From positions 1-61,147 of the forward strand of contig DATMHP010000032.1 in assembly GCA_035554875.1 (NCBI GenBank): DNA of 61,147 nt, written 5' to 3'. The notes beneath the pieces were generated by a model. It did no database searches, was not told where the DNA came from, and saw nothing but the letters and a program-made list of their open reading frames with translations. Each line of letters opens with the position of its first letter. Positions within the stretch are counted from its first letter, which is position 1. The translations under genes and the position numbers were made by a program. The stretch comes from Sphingomicrobium sp. Lineage in GTDB: Bacteria > Pseudomonadota > Alphaproteobacteria > Sphingomonadales > Sphingomonadaceae. This document shows, one piece after another, positions 47,027 to 57,165 of the stretch.

Positions 47027-48928
47027 CTATTTCTGAAGCTTCAGCGCCTGCTCCAGCGCCTCGATCCGCCGTTCGTTGGATTCGATCAGGTCGGCGATCT
47101 TGGCTTCGCGGGCCTCGCGCTTGACGACCGTGCGGATTGCGCGCGCGATGTCCTCGGAAACCCCGGCGAGCGCCTTCTGCTCGTCACGGCTGGGAATGGA
47201 TCCGTCCGGGCGAGTCCCGACGAGCAGGAATCCGATCGGCGGTTCCTTATCGGAGCTGGGCACGAGCGGGACCCGGATCGGGAAGATCTTGTCCGACGGC
47301 TCGCAAATGTCTTCCTTATAGTCCTCGGCAAGCTTGGACTTCTTCCAGACCTCCACCTCTTCGGCAGGAATGTCGCGGCTCCTGAGGACGCGTCCGCCGA
47401 CGATGACCGCGCTGCGCACTGCACGAACGCCGCGGTCGACCCGCTCCAGGACCTCGTCGACCATCTCGCGCAGGGACGCCGTCTCGCGCATGTCGCGAAC
47501 GCAGTCCGGAAGGTCGTCACGCAGGAGGACGAGGTTCTTCTGGAACCTGTTCTCCGACCATCGCTGGATCCGTTCCTGGATCGGGTTCACGAGCACCGTC
47601 GACAGAGCGGCAGCGATGATCACCGGACCTTCGCTGTTGGTGTTGCCGTAGTAATTGTAGATGATCTGCTTGAGACCGTCCGCGACGCCAGCGAACACGG
47701 CGACTATGACAAGGGTGATCAGCGCGAAATTCGCCGATTTGCTGATGACGAATTCCGCGTCGTAGAGGCGATAGCGGATCAGCGCGATAAGGAGCCCGAA
47801 CTGGAGCACGAGGACTCCGAGCGCGAGCGTGATCCCGGCGAGGATTTCGAGCGTGAGCTGAAGTCCGAACGTGCCCATCGACCATTTGAAATAGTCGCAA
47901 GCCATCGAGATGACCCGAAGGCCCGCATAGCCGCTGAACCCGAGCAGCGCCCACCGCACCTGCTGAAGAGTTTCGCCCGAATCGGTCTTCCGGAGCGAAC
48001 GCAGCAGCATCAGTACCGCGAGGATCATGAAGCAGATCAGATAGGCCTGATAGAGCTGACCGTGCAGGAACATGAGGAGCGGCAAGGCGGCGATCAGCCC
48101 GACGACTCCCCACGTCAGTCTGCCGTGGGGAAACAACAGGATGCCCGCGATCAGCAGGACGTTGTTGAGATCGTACAGGGCGACATTGACGCTGCGCGGA
48201 ACGCCGACCTGCGCCAGGAAGGCGGACGACGGGAGCTCCGACCCGATCATGAGGAGGATCGCAAAGGATAGGATCGAGCTGACCGCGTCCTTCGCGTTCC
48301 TGCGATGCAGGATCCAGGCTGCCCAGATCAGGAACGGATAGAAGATGACGTGCACGACGTCGATGAAGCTCAGCAGCGTCGGCGAGAATCCCGCCTCGCG
48401 CGCGGCGTTGTTGATATGGTCCTCACCAGTCGTCACGGTCACGTCGTGGACCGATCCGTCGGTGGAGCGCACGGTCAGCGGGAAGGGGAGCTTGTCCGTC
48501 CCGGTCAGCAAATTGCCCATCGCGACATAGGATGCGTCGTTGCCATGGAGAGCGATGGCCTGCTCGGTAAACGGCATCTTGTCCGGCAGCGGCAGTCCGT
48601 AGATTGCGATGATGTGATCGCCGGGGCGGATTCCGGCGGCGCGGGCATCCGGGCCGATCGTGAAGCGGATGCGCGTGGCGTCGCTCGGATTGACGGCGAA
48701 ACCGGCGCGGCTCCCAAGCAGCAGCTGCGAATTGTCGCCCGGAGCTGTGTACCGCTCGTAGAGGCCCATCACGGGTCCGACCACCGCGAGCATCAGGGCA
48801 GCGAACCAGACTACTGAGACGATCCAGTAGGTGACGGCGTTGAACGGCGGCACCCGTTCCGGAAGCTTCCATCCGCCGCCCGGCGCCCCGAGTCCAAACT
48901 TCTCCGGGACCGCCAGCTGCACGGTCAT
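47027..48928 (-). CDS. Multi-TM membrane protein with periplasmic PDZ-like and cytoplasmic GAF-like regions, no output domain
   Basis: DARAAGIRPGDHIIAIYG (PDZ-like), about 9-10 TM segments, RYRLYD, PLV...IGFLLVG.RPDG (GAF-like), terminal coiled coil. Confidence 0.75.
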   Translation of the reverse strand: MTVQLAVPEKFGLGAPGGGWKLPERVPPFNAVTYWIVSVVWFAALMLAVVGPVMGLYERYTAPGDNSQLLLGSRAGFAVNPSDATRIRFTIGPDARAAGIRPGDHIIAIYGLPLPDKMPFTEQAIALHGNDASYVAMGNLLTGTDKLPFPLTVRSTDGSVHDVTVTTGEDHINNAAREAGFSPTLLSFIDVVHVIFYPFLIWAAWILHRRNAKDAVSSILSFAILLMIGSELPSSAFLAQVGVPRSVNVALYDLNNVLLIAGILLFPHGRLTWGVVGLIAALPLLMFLHGQLYQAYLICFMILAVLMLLRSLRKTDSGETLQQVRWALLGFSGYAGLRVISMACDYFKWSMGTFGLQLTLEILAGITLALGVLVLQFGLLIALIRYRLYDAEFVISKSANFALITLVIVAVFAGVADGLKQIIYNYYGNTNSEGPVIIAAALSTVLVNPIQERIQRWSENRFQKNLVLLRDDLPDCVRDMRETASLREMVDEVLERVDRGVRAVRSAVIVGGRVLRSRDIPAEEVEVWKKSKLAEDYKEDICEPSDKIFPIRVPLVPSSDKEPPIGFLLVGTRPDGSIPSRDEQKALAGVSEDIARAIRTVVKREAREAKIADLIESNERRIEALEQALKLQK

Positions 48929-49096
48929 CGGGCTAGCCGTCCCTTCCAGGGAGTGCGGCGTTCGCGTTGCTCGCTCGACTCAAGCGACCGCAGCATTCGG
49001 CAGCCCCTTTGCTTCCCCATCCGCCCCGACAAGGAGTGCCCTTGCGGGCGTTAAGCTGCAAGCTTTTCCTGATTTCTTAAGGAAGAAGCCGCGCTT

Positions 49097-49828
49097 CTAA
49101 CTGTCGATCGTCTGCTCGCCGTAGCGCGATTTGATGAAGCGGCCCTGCGTCTGGAAGGCATCGAGATCGCTTTTCGCGAGGTCCTGCGAGATCTCTTCGA
49201 TCGCCGTGCGGGCGGCGCCAAGGCCTTCCACCAGCCGCTGGTCGACGGTAAGGCCTTCGCCGTCCTCCTGCCGCCGAAATTCGGCGGGCACGTTGAGGTA
49301 ACGGTCGACGAGGCCGGGCAGATGGATCGACATCAGCCGGCGGGCGTCCTGAGCCTTTGGATCGAAGGTGTCGACGCGCTCTAGCGACGCCTTGAGCGAA
49401 GGAAGCCGGGCACTGATCGCGTCGATTTCGGCGCGCGCGGGGGCCGGCAGAGACCCGCGCGTGCGGTACAGATAGGAATCGAAGCGCTGGACCATCTGCC
49501 CGTTCGGCAGGTCCGGCGATGGCGCGGTCGCCGAGCGTTCGGTCGGGACAAATGCCAGCAACGCCGCGATCCCTATCGCAAGGCCGACCGCGGCGAGGAA
49601 ACCGAACATGCCGATGGGAGTCACGAGTCCGATGACGATCGTCAGCACGCTGACGATGCCAATGCCGACCCCGACGCGGGCAAGGCGGCGGCCGAGGTCG
49701 CGGTTCACGCGCTGCCGCTCGCGTCGGGCAGCCGCCCGCGCCGGTCCGTCGCGCTCGTCCAGCGCGCGGGTAACCCGATCGAAGCGCGCGAGCGCCCGTT
49801 CGACCTTTACGTTGACCTCTTCGCTCAC
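49097..49828 (-). CDS. Two-TM hypothetical protein (XpaC-like partner of TelA)
   Basis: Two TM helices plus helical domain HLPGLVDRY; GTGA overlap with the telA-like gene. Confidence 0.7.
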   Translation of the reverse strand: MSEEVNVKVERALARFDRVTRALDERDGPARAAARRERQRVNRDLGRRLARVGVGIGIVSVLTIVIGLVTPIGMFGFLAAVGLAIGIAALLAFVPTERSATAPSPDLPNGQMVQRFDSYLYRTRGSLPAPARAEIDAISARLPSLKASLERVDTFDPKAQDARRLMSIHLPGLVDRYLNVPAEFRRQEDGEGLTVDQRLVEGLGAARTAIEEISQDLAKSDLDAFQTQGRFIKSRYGEQTIDS

Positions 49829-51021
49829 TTCGACTCGATTGGCGTGAGCGGCGATGCGGAGCTCTCGATCTTCGCTTTCTCGACGCCTTCGGCGCGGGCG
49901 ATATAGCCTCTCGACTTCTCGACCTCGTTGGAAAGCGTGTTCACCGTCTGCTTCATATTATCGAGCGCTTCGAGCTTGAAACGATCGATCTGGTCCATGG
50001 TGTCGTAAATGTTCTGGAACGCCCGCTGGAGCGTTTCGAGCGGGATCGTCGAGGACGCCGCCTGCTGGTGGATCGCTCCGGTCTGGCTCTTCAGCATCTC
50101 GCCGGTGGTGTCGATCATGCCCGCGGTGGTCGTATTGAGAGCGCCAATCTGCTCCAGCACCAGCTTCTGGTTGGTGAGCGCCTGGGCGACCGTCACGGCG
50201 GTGCGGAGAGCGGAGACCGTGGTGGTCGACGCCCGGTCGACGCCCTTCACCAACTCGACATTGTTCTTCTTGACGAGGTCGAGCGCGAGGTAGCCCTGAA
50301 CCGTCACCGCCATCTGCGTGAGAAGGTCGGTCGTGCGCTGGCGGGTGTAGAAGAGGGCCGTCTCGCGGATCGCTTTGGCCTTTGCCGGGTCGGTGGCATC
50401 GAGATCGGCGGCCTTGTCCTCAAGCTGCTGGTCCAGGCTCTTCGAAATGTGCGCCATCTGCTCGAGCTTGTGCATCGTCTTCCACAGGTTCGCGCGCTCC
50501 GTGTCGATGGCCGCATTGTCCATCAGCAGCTCGTCCTTACCGTTAGCGAGGCTGCTCAGGATTTTGGAAATGTGAGTCTGCGAGCTGCGGTACTTGTCGA
50601 AATAGCGGTCGACGCGGTTGCCGAATGGAATGATGCCGAGGAGCTTCCTGGTCTTGGTCGCTTCCTTGGGATCGAGGGACTCGACGGTCCTTCGAAGCTC
50701 GGTGAGGTCGGCGCCGATCCCCGTGTCTTTGTCGATGGCCTTCACCGGCCGGTCGAGGAAGCGGTTGGAAGCGCCGGCAGCCTCCGCGATTTCCTTGCGG
50801 CCCATAGACGTGAGCTGATCGACCTTCTTGCCGAATTCGGGGCTGTTGGAATCGAGCTTCGCAAGTTCGTCGACAAACTCCGCAACGCGCTTGTCCAGCT
50901 CACTGACTTCTTCCTGCTTCAGCGGCACCAGGCCCGCGGCCTCTGCGGGAGCGACCGCCTGAAGCGCTTCGGGCGCGTCAAGCTTGAGCTTGGTGGCGGT
51001 CTGCGTGGCTTCCTTCGCCAT
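49825..51021 (-). CDS. Toxic anion resistance protein (TelA family)
   Basis: DLTELRRTVESLDP, YFDKYRSSQ.HI, DELLMDN, NNVELVKGVDRA..TT..ALRTA. Start at 51021 or 51027. Confidence 0.9.
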   Translation of the reverse strand: MAKEATQTATKLKLDAPEALQAVAPAEAAGLVPLKQEEVSELDKRVAEFVDELAKLDSNSPEFGKKVDQLTSMGRKEIAEAAGASNRFLDRPVKAIDKDTGIGADLTELRRTVESLDPKEATKTRKLLGIIPFGNRVDRYFDKYRSSQTHISKILSSLANGKDELLMDNAAIDTERANLWKTMHKLEQMAHISKSLDQQLEDKAADLDATDPAKAKAIRETALFYTRQRTTDLLTQMAVTVQGYLALDLVKKNNVELVKGVDRASTTTVSALRTAVTVAQALTNQKLVLEQIGALNTTTAGMIDTTGEMLKSQTGAIHQQAASSTIPLETLQRAFQNIYDTMDQIDRFKLEALDNMKQTVNTLSNEVEKSRGYIARAEGVEKAKIESSASPLTPIESK

Positions 51022-51241
51022 TTTCATCTGCCTTTCTCTGCTCGCCGAGGCGTTCTCCCGACTTTCGACGCCGGGGCGCGGCCATGCAAGCGCCTTCAAC
51101 TGTATTATAAGTGTAACACGCATTCGCGCAAGGAGTCCCGCATCGATACGGTTGAGGAACGTTAACCATAAGCCTGAACGCTTTACTCACCTTGACCGGC
51201 GATAGACGGCTCAAAGCGCATGGGCTGGGCAGGACAGGCGT

Positions 51242-52468
51242 ATGATCCGTTTTCTCAGGAAGATTTGGCAGGACCGGCGCGGGAACGCGCTGATCATTGC
51301 TGGTGCGGCATTGCCGCTTCTCGTCGGCGCCGCGGGGCTTGGTACCGATACGATCCAGTGGGTTCTGTGGAAGCGCGAGCTTCAACGCGCCGCCGACACC
51401 GCCGCCCTCGCCGGTGCTTACGCTCAGATGCAGACTGGAGAGTCGGTCACTGCCGCCGTTGGCGCACATCTTGACGATAATAACCACACCGGAATCGCTC
51501 TTCTCTCCGGCTATCCGCAAATCGACTATCCAGCGGATTCAGGCACATACAGCAAGGCCGTCCAGGTCACATTGGCGATGAAGAAGACACTCGGCTTCTC
51601 GTCGCTCTTCCTGTCGACACCTCCTACCATCACGGCCAAGGCAACGGCGGCGCTGGTCGACGACGGAAGCTATTGCGTGGTCGCGCTCAACGGCACGTCG
51701 AACGCCTCGCTTACAATCGGGGGAAGCACGAATATCCAGATGGGATGCGGTGCGATCTCGAATTCGACCAGCGCGACGGGCTCTGTCACCGTGAACGGCA
51801 ATTCGTACAATTTCGTCGCCGATCCGGTCGCCGGTGTTGGCGGAATGCCGGATTCCATTACGGGCGCGACTGACATCCAGGAGCATCACGTCGCGATGCC
51901 GGATCCCTATGCCGGCAAATATCCGACGAGCCCGACGACGACCTGCAACCAGAAGACGAACGGCAACAATACGACCTTCGGGCCGGGTTGCTATTCCGAC
52001 TTCAAGCTCACGGGCAACACGACCTACACGCTGACGCCGGGCACCTATTATCTCTGGAATACCGATTTCAGTGTCGCGGGCGGCGTCACGGTGCAGGGTG
52101 AGGGGGTAACCATCATACTCACCGGGGATGATCCGGGTGCCGTGTCGATCCAGGGTGGCTCGACCGTCCAGCTCTCGGCGCCGACAAGCGGCACCTATGC
52201 GGACATGCTGTTCATCGGCACTGGCGCCGATGACACCAATGTCACCGGGAATGCCGGGTCCTATTACGATGGGGCCATGTACTTTCCGAAAAGCGCCGTG
52301 AATTTCTCGGGCGACAGCGGATCGATGACCCAGTGCGCGATGGTGGTCGCCAATTATGTGAATTTCGGCGGCAATGCGAATCTTCAGAACACCCTGACCC
52401 GTCCCGATGGAAAGCCTTGTAAGGCAGCCACGCAGGTTACCGGCAAGGCTGTGAGGTTGATCGCGTGA
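51242..52468 (+). CDS. TadG-like Flp pilus-associated protein
   Basis: DRRG/N prepilin-type N-terminus, LQRAADTAALAGA, Gly/Thr/Asn-rich C-terminal domain. Confidence 0.85.
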   Translation: MIRFLRKIWQDRRGNALIIAGAALPLLVGAAGLGTDTIQWVLWKRELQRAADTAALAGAYAQMQTGESVTAAVGAHLDDNNHTGIALLSGYPQIDYPADSGTYSKAVQVTLAMKKTLGFSSLFLSTPPTITAKATAALVDDGSYCVVALNGTSNASLTIGGSTNIQMGCGAISNSTSATGSVTVNGNSYNFVADPVAGVGGMPDSITGATDIQEHHVAMPDPYAGKYPTSPTTTCNQKTNGNNTTFGPGCYSDFKLTGNTTYTLTPGTYYLWNTDFSVAGGVTVQGEGVTIILTGDDPGAVSIQGGSTVQLSAPTSGTYADMLFIGTGADDTNVTGNAGSYYDGAMYFPKSAVNFSGDSGSMTQCAMVVANYVNFGGNANLQNTLTRPDGKPCKAATQVTGKAVRLIA

Positions 52469-52929
52469 TGAAGCGTCTTACCGCTGTCTGGCGCGATGAG
52501 CGCGGCAACTCCTTCATCGAGATGGCCCTCGTCACGCCGCTCCTCGCATCGCTCCTGATCGGCATGGTCGATATCAGCCGTGCGGTTTCTGCGAAGGTTA
52601 CGCTTGAGCAGGCCGCGCAGCGGGCAGTCGAGAAGCTCCAGGCAACCGATTTCAAGACCAGCAACTCCGCCGACGTCGAAGCCGACGCGGAAGCGGCGGC
52701 CGGCGACGGTTCGACGGCAACGGTGAATGCGTGGCTCGAGTGCGACCACGACGGCGTGCATCTCGATTATGACAGCGGCACCTGTCCGACAGGCTCGTAT
52801 TACGCCCGCTATGTGCAAGTCATCGTCACCAACACCTTCACGCCGATCTTCGGTTCTCGTTTCTTCCCGGGCGCGAACGCGAACGGAACCGTGAACGTGA
52901 GCGGCGGCGCCACGCTGAGGACGCAATGA
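52465..52929 (+). CDS. TadE/TadF-like pseudopilin
   Basis: RDERG-NSFIEMALVTP prepilin motif. Confidence 0.88.
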   Translation: MMKRLTAVWRDERGNSFIEMALVTPLLASLLIGMVDISRAVSAKVTLEQAAQRAVEKLQATDFKTSNSADVEADAEAAAGDGSTATVNAWLECDHDGVHLDYDSGTCPTGSYYARYVQVIVTNTFTPIFGSRFFPGANANGTVNVSGGATLRTQ

Positions 52930-53342
52930 TGACCCGTTTGCGCACGCTTCGGGACGAAACCGGCTCGGCGGCGATCGAGTTTGCCATCGCGGTGCCGGTG
53001 CTGGCGGTGATGATCTGGGGTATGTTCCAGATCGCCATCGTTCTGCAGGCAAACGCCGGGATGCAACAGGCGCTTGGAGAAGGCGCGCGCTATGCGACCA
53101 TCTTCGACACCGATACCAATGCCCGGCCAACCGACGACGAGATCGCGGCGAAGATAACCTCGGCGAAGTTCGGAGTCGGCGGGGGCACCTGGCATACGCC
53201 GTCAATCGACGACTCGAACGAAGCTTCGGACGGTTATATCGTCATTGATGTAAGCTACGACGTCCCGACGAACTTCCTGCTGTTCCCGGGGCCGACGATC
53301 ACGCTGGAGCACTCCAAGCGCGTCTATACGCAGACTGCTTAA
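52926..53342 (+). CDS. TadE-like pseudopilin
   Basis: RDETG-SAAIEFAIAVP...EGARYA. Confidence 0.9.
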   Translation: MMTRLRTLRDETGSAAIEFAIAVPVLAVMIWGMFQIAIVLQANAGMQQALGEGARYATIFDTDTNARPTDDEIAAKITSAKFGVGGGTWHTPSIDDSNEASDGYIVIDVSYDVPTNFLLFPGPTITLEHSKRVYTQTA

Positions 53343-54091
53343 GCCGACTTTCGGCTGAAGAAAGCAGCAATCGCCTGCGCGACTTCGGAAGATTTGAGCC
53401 GCTCCGAAAAATGGCCGTTCTCCATGGCCATTCGCTCGAGAACTTCCGCGCTCGTCCCTTGGCGCAGCAGCTCCTGCGTTAGCCGAAGCGCCTCCGGCGG
53501 CCTTGCAAGCAGAGACGAGATGATCGCGGCCAGGGCGCCCTCGAGATCACCTTCATTGACGACGTGGCTGACGATACCGGAAGTTAGCGCATCGTCGGCG
53601 CCGAAGGGCTCCCCGAGCAGCAGATAGCGCGCGGCACGTCTACGCCCCGCGATGCGTGGCAGCAGAAGCGTGCTCGCCGCTTCCGGCACCAGGCCAAGGT
53701 CCACGAACGGCAGCGAAAAACGAGCGCTGCGTTCGGCGACGACGAGATCGCAATGCAGTAGCATGGTCGTGCCGATCCCGACGGCGTTGCCCTGCACTCC
53801 GGCGACGATCGGGATCCTATTGCGGGCAAGTGCTCGGAGGAGCCGCCAAACGGGGATGTCGTCGGAGTCCCGCGGGAGCGCGCTCAGAAAATCGTGGAGG
53901 TCGTTGCCTGCAGTAAAATCCTGCCCTTCGCCGCGGATCGTGATCACCCTGACCGAACTGTCTTCCGCAGCGCTTTCGATCGCGTCGGCCAGCGCCGAAT
54001 ACATTGCGACGGTGATCGCATTGCGGCGGTCCGGCCGAGCGAAGGTGATCGCAAGCACGGCGCCGTCCCGCTCGATCCGTACGTCACTCAT
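53339..54091 (-). CDS. Enoyl-CoA hydratase/isomerase family protein
   Basis: RPDRRNAI, FTAGNDL, AVGIGTTMLLHCD, PFVDLGLVPEAAS; start at ATG 54091. Confidence 0.92.
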   Translation of the reverse strand: MSDVRIERDGAVLAITFARPDRRNAITVAMYSALADAIESAAEDSSVRVITIRGEGQDFTAGNDLHDFLSALPRDSDDIPVWRLLRALARNRIPIVAGVQGNAVGIGTTMLLHCDLVVAERSARFSLPFVDLGLVPEAASTLLLPRIAGRRRAARYLLLGEPFGADDALTSGIVSHVVNEGDLEGALAAIISSLLARPPEALRLTQELLRQGTSAEVLERMAMENGHFSERLKSSEVAQAIAAFFSRKSA

Positions 54092-54165
54092 CTCGTCGCC
54101 CCCTTCGAATCGGATGACTGTTTGTGTCGCACCGGCTATCGCCTCGCAATCAGCCGGGGAGTCCA

Positions 54166-54816
54166 ATGAAGTTTTTTGCCGATACCGCCGAAATTGCCGA
54201 GATCAGGGACCTTGCCGAAACGGGTCTGCTCGACGGAGTGACGACCAATCCGTCGCTGGTGCAGAAATCCGGCCGCGATTTCATCGAGGTGCTCAAGGAA
54301 ATCACGAACATCTGCAGCGGCCCGGTTTCGGCCGAAGTGGTCGCGCTCGACTATGACGGGATGATGGCCCAGGCGGAAAAGCTTCGCCGCGTCGCCGACA
54401 ATGTCACGATCAAGGTCCCGCTGACCGAAGCAGGGCTGAAGGCGTGCAGAGCGCTCAGCTCCGACGGCACGATGGTCAACGTCACCTTGTGCTTCTCGGC
54501 CGCCCAGGCGCTGCTCGCGGCAAAGGCGGGCGCGACCTTCATTTCGCCGTTCGTCGGCCGGCTGGACGACATCGGCCACAGCGGAATGGAGCTGATCTCC
54601 GACGTCCGGATGATCTACGACAATTACGATTTCGACACTCAGATCCTGGTCGCGTCAGTGCGCAGCCCGATGCACGTCGTCGAAGCGGCCAAGATCGGCG
54701 CCGACGTCATGACGGCGCCGCCGAAGATCATTCATCAGCTCTTCAAGCACCCGCTGACCGATGCCGGGCTCGCGGCCTTCCTCAAGGACTGGGAGTCGAC
54801 CGGCCAGAAGATCTGA
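54166..54816 (+). CDS. fsa: Small transaldolase (TalC/Fsa family)
   Basis: [37 protein letters not shown]. The Glu/Phe pair indicates transaldolase-type activity. Confidence 0.93.
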   Translation: MKFFADTAEIAEIRDLAETGLLDGVTTNPSLVQKSGRDFIEVLKEITNICSGPVSAEVVALDYDGMMAQAEKLRRVADNVTIKVPLTEAGLKACRALSSDGTMVNVTLCFSAAQALLAAKAGATFISPFVGRLDDIGHSGMELISDVRMIYDNYDFDTQILVASVRSPMHVVEAAKIGADVMTAPPKIIHQLFKHPLTDAGLAAFLKDWESTGQKI

Positions 54817-54827
54817 CGGCGGCTCGA

Positions 54828-55439
54828 TCACTCGTCGGATGTTTTGAACAGCACCGCTCCGGTCACCACGGCCGGCACCGGCTGGCCGGTGGGCCCGAGC
54901 ACCGGCTTGTGGTCGGCGCTCTCGAGAAGCTGCTTGCATCCGACATCGACGAGCACCTGCGGCTGCCGAAGCGAGTCCGGCATCATCGTGCACGACGAGG
55001 GGGTGCCGTTCGCGTCGACTGCATAGGCCAGCTTGACGGCCGTGGGCTTCACCGCGTTGTCCGGCAGCTTGTTCAGCGTCACCTCGAGATCGGGTGCGGG
55101 CGGTGCGTAGAGACGGTGGTCAGGGATCGCCCAGACGGCCTGGCTCCGGTAAATTCCCCACACGGCCCGGCCCTCGGCGTCGCGCGCCGGCTGGAACTTC
55201 ACCCGCTTCTGGGCAAGATAGCAGGTCGTCGTGTCGAGCTCGTCATGACCGCTGGACGAAGTCACCTTGCAGCTCTCGATGGAGCCCTCGGGAGAAACCA
55301 GCAGCTGGAAACGCGTGACGCCTTCCTGGTTCTTGTCGAAGGCCTTCATCGGATAGTCGCGGAATTCGAACCAAGGCAGCGGAGTCACCGGCGTCGCGGC
55401 AACGACGCTTCCAGCGATCAGTAAACTGGCGCCCAACAT
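54828..55439 (-). CDS. TonB C-terminal domain protein (two domains, no Pro-rich spacer)
   Basis: DYPMKA...EG...VSPEG..SC.V..SSG..ELD..TC, then a second VDANG.PSSC...GC; GGAGG RBS. Confidence 0.75.
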   Translation of the reverse strand: MLGASLLIAGSVVAATPVTPLPWFEFRDYPMKAFDKNQEGVTRFQLLVSPEGSIESCKVTSSSGHDELDTTTCYLAQKRVKFQPARDAEGRAVWGIYRSQAVWAIPDHRLYAPPAPDLEVTLNKLPDNAVKPTAVKLAYAVDANGTPSSCTMMPDSLRQPQVLVDVGCKQLLESADHKPVLGPTGQPVPAVVTGAVLFKTSDE

Positions 55440-55536
55440 CGTCCTGCCCTCCAAAAAAAGTCAGCATTCCAACGATAAGCTTTCACCCTTTGCGAGGCCA
55501 CAGGAAATTAACCGCTGTTCGCTAAGGTGCAGAACG

Positions 55537-56103
55537 ATGGGGCAGGTGATTCATTTCGAAGAGCTGGCGCTCGCCCGGCTTCGCGACCGGCTCGGGGCCG
55601 CCGAAGAAGCGAACGAGGATCTCGTCGCCTTCGCCCGCGGCCATTCTGATGCGGTCGCCTCGATCAACTGCGCGGTGCTCGAAGCGATCGAGGCACCATC
55701 GGTCGAAGGGCTGCTCGACGTGATCACCGGCCGCTGGCCGCAGATTCTAGGGATCGATTGCGTTGCCGTCGCTCTGACGGTCGGAAATCGCGGCTTTCGC
55801 GCCAACTGGAACGGGATCGAGCGTGTCGAACCGGCATTCGTCGAGCGGGTCCTGTCCGGTCTTCCGGAAGTCGAGGTTCGAAGCGTCGAGAGCGGCCATC
55901 CTTTGTTCGGAATTCCCGCATCGCGGGAAATTCGCGCGGAAGCCCTGATCCGCATCGACGGACCCGATCCCTATCCCACGGGGCTGATCGCCCTGGGTCA
56001 GCGGGCGGAGCTGGCGTCGCACAGCAGCCAGGGATCGCAGCTGCTCATCTTCCTCGGCCGGGTCGTCGCCGCGACCATCCGGCGATGCGTCGCCACCGCC
56101 TGA
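55537..56103 (+). CDS. DUF484 family protein
   Basis: MGQVIHFE...RLR...DLVAFARGH...QGSQLLIFLG. Confidence 0.8.
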   Translation: MGQVIHFEELALARLRDRLGAAEEANEDLVAFARGHSDAVASINCAVLEAIEAPSVEGLLDVITGRWPQILGIDCVAVALTVGNRGFRANWNGIERVEPAFVERVLSGLPEVEVRSVESGHPLFGIPASREIRAEALIRIDGPDPYPTGLIALGQRAELASHSSQGSQLLIFLGRVVAATIRRCVATA

Positions 56104-56188
56104 CGCCCCCCATTACCGTCGAAAGGCCGCTGGACGTAGTTTCCAGGCCGCCCTATCTCGCAGGCCGAACAGCAAAGAGGCCTGCCGA

Positions 56189-56515
56189 ATGACCCAGTTC
56201 GACGACCGCGAGCGCGCCTATGAGGCCAAGTTCGCACACGACGAGGAAATGCAGTTCCGAATCGTCGCTCGCCGGAATCGCCTGATCGGCGAGTGGGCGG
56301 CGCGCAAGATGGGGCTGTCGGAAGAGGAGACTGCTTCCTACGCGAAGGATGTGGTGCGGGCCGATTTCGAATCCGCGGGCGACGATGACGTGGTCCGGAA
56401 GCTTCTTGGCGACCTGACGTCCGCCGGCGTCGAAAGCGACGACGCCCAGATTCGCGAAGCCCTCGGCCACAAGATGGTCGAGGCTCGTCGCCAGATTATC
56501 CAGGAGCAGTCCTGA
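56189..56515 (+). CDS. DUF1476 protein (F1Fo-ATPase inhibitor zeta subunit family)
   Basis: MTQFDDRERAYEAKFAHDEE..F...ARRNR..G.WAA...DFE..GD.DV. Confidence 0.9.
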   Translation: MTQFDDRERAYEAKFAHDEEMQFRIVARRNRLIGEWAARKMGLSEEETASYAKDVVRADFESAGDDDVVRKLLGDLTSAGVESDDAQIREALGHKMVEARRQIIQEQS

Positions 56516-56518
56516 ACG

Positions 56519-56758
56519 ATGGCAATGAGCGCTGGTGAAATCGAGACTCTGATCAAGGACGCCATCCCCGACGCCGATGTCACCATCACCGACCTCGCCG
56601 GCGATGGCGATCATTATTCTGCCCGCGTCGTAAGCCGCACCTTTGCAGGCCTGACGCGCGTTCAGCAGCATCAGAAAGTCTATGCCGCGCTCGGCGGCCG
56701 GATGGGCGGAGAATTGCATGCGCTGCAGCTGATGACGGCAGCGCCGGAGGAGAAGTGA
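56519..56758 (+). CDS. bolA: BolA family protein
   Basis: [24 protein letters not shown]. Confidence 0.93.
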   Translation: MAMSAGEIETLIKDAIPDADVTITDLAGDGDHYSARVVSRTFAGLTRVQQHQKVYAALGGRMGGELHALQLMTAAPEEK

Positions 56759-56759
56759 A

Positions 56760-57077
56760 GTGACAAGCGCAAGAGAGCGGATCGGCGAAATCGTCCGTGG
56801 TGACGACATCGTCCTGTTCATGAAGGGGACCGAATTGTTTCCCCAGTGCGGCTTTTCGAGCCGCGCCGTCGCGATCCTCGAGCACCTGGGCGTGCCGTTC
56901 AAAACCGTCGACGTGCTTCAGGACCCGGATGTTCGCCAAGGCGTGAAGGAATATAGCGACTGGCCGACGATTCCCCAGCTCTATGTCAAAGGGCAGTTCG
57001 TCGGCGGATCCGACATCATGATGGAGATGTTCGAGAACGGTGAGCTTCAGCAGCTCGTCGGCGCTCCGGCCAGCTAG
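56760..57077 (+). CDS. grxD: Monothiol glutaredoxin Grx4
   Basis: [25 protein letters not shown]. Confidence 0.96.
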   Translation: MTSARERIGEIVRGDDIVLFMKGTELFPQCGFSSRAVAILEHLGVPFKTVDVLQDPDVRQGVKEYSDWPTIPQLYVKGQFVGGSDIMMEMFENGELQQLVGAPAS

Positions 57078-57081
57078 ATCC

Positions 57082-57130
57082 AAACTAAAAGGGGCGGTGA
57101 GCGGGACCAGAGACCGCTCACCGCCCCTTT
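57082..57130. terminator. Bidirectional intrinsic terminator
   Basis: Stem AAAGGGGCGGTGAGCGG/CCGCTCACCGCCCCTTT (57088-57130); the minus-strand tail is TTTTAGTTT. Confidence 0.8.
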
Positions 57131-57156
57131 GGTGGTTTGTGGAACCAAGTGGACGT
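57082..57156 (-). ncRNA. Candidate sigma54-dependent small RNA (~70-75 nt)
   Basis: Lies between a consensus -24/-12 promoter and a terminator with a U tract; no ATG in the predicted transcript. Confidence 0.5.
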
Positions 57157-57165
57157 ATATTTCTA

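Noticed and set aside
49097-51021. telA plus partner as a novel system
   Set aside because: TelA with an XpaC-like membrane partner is a known widespread pairing.
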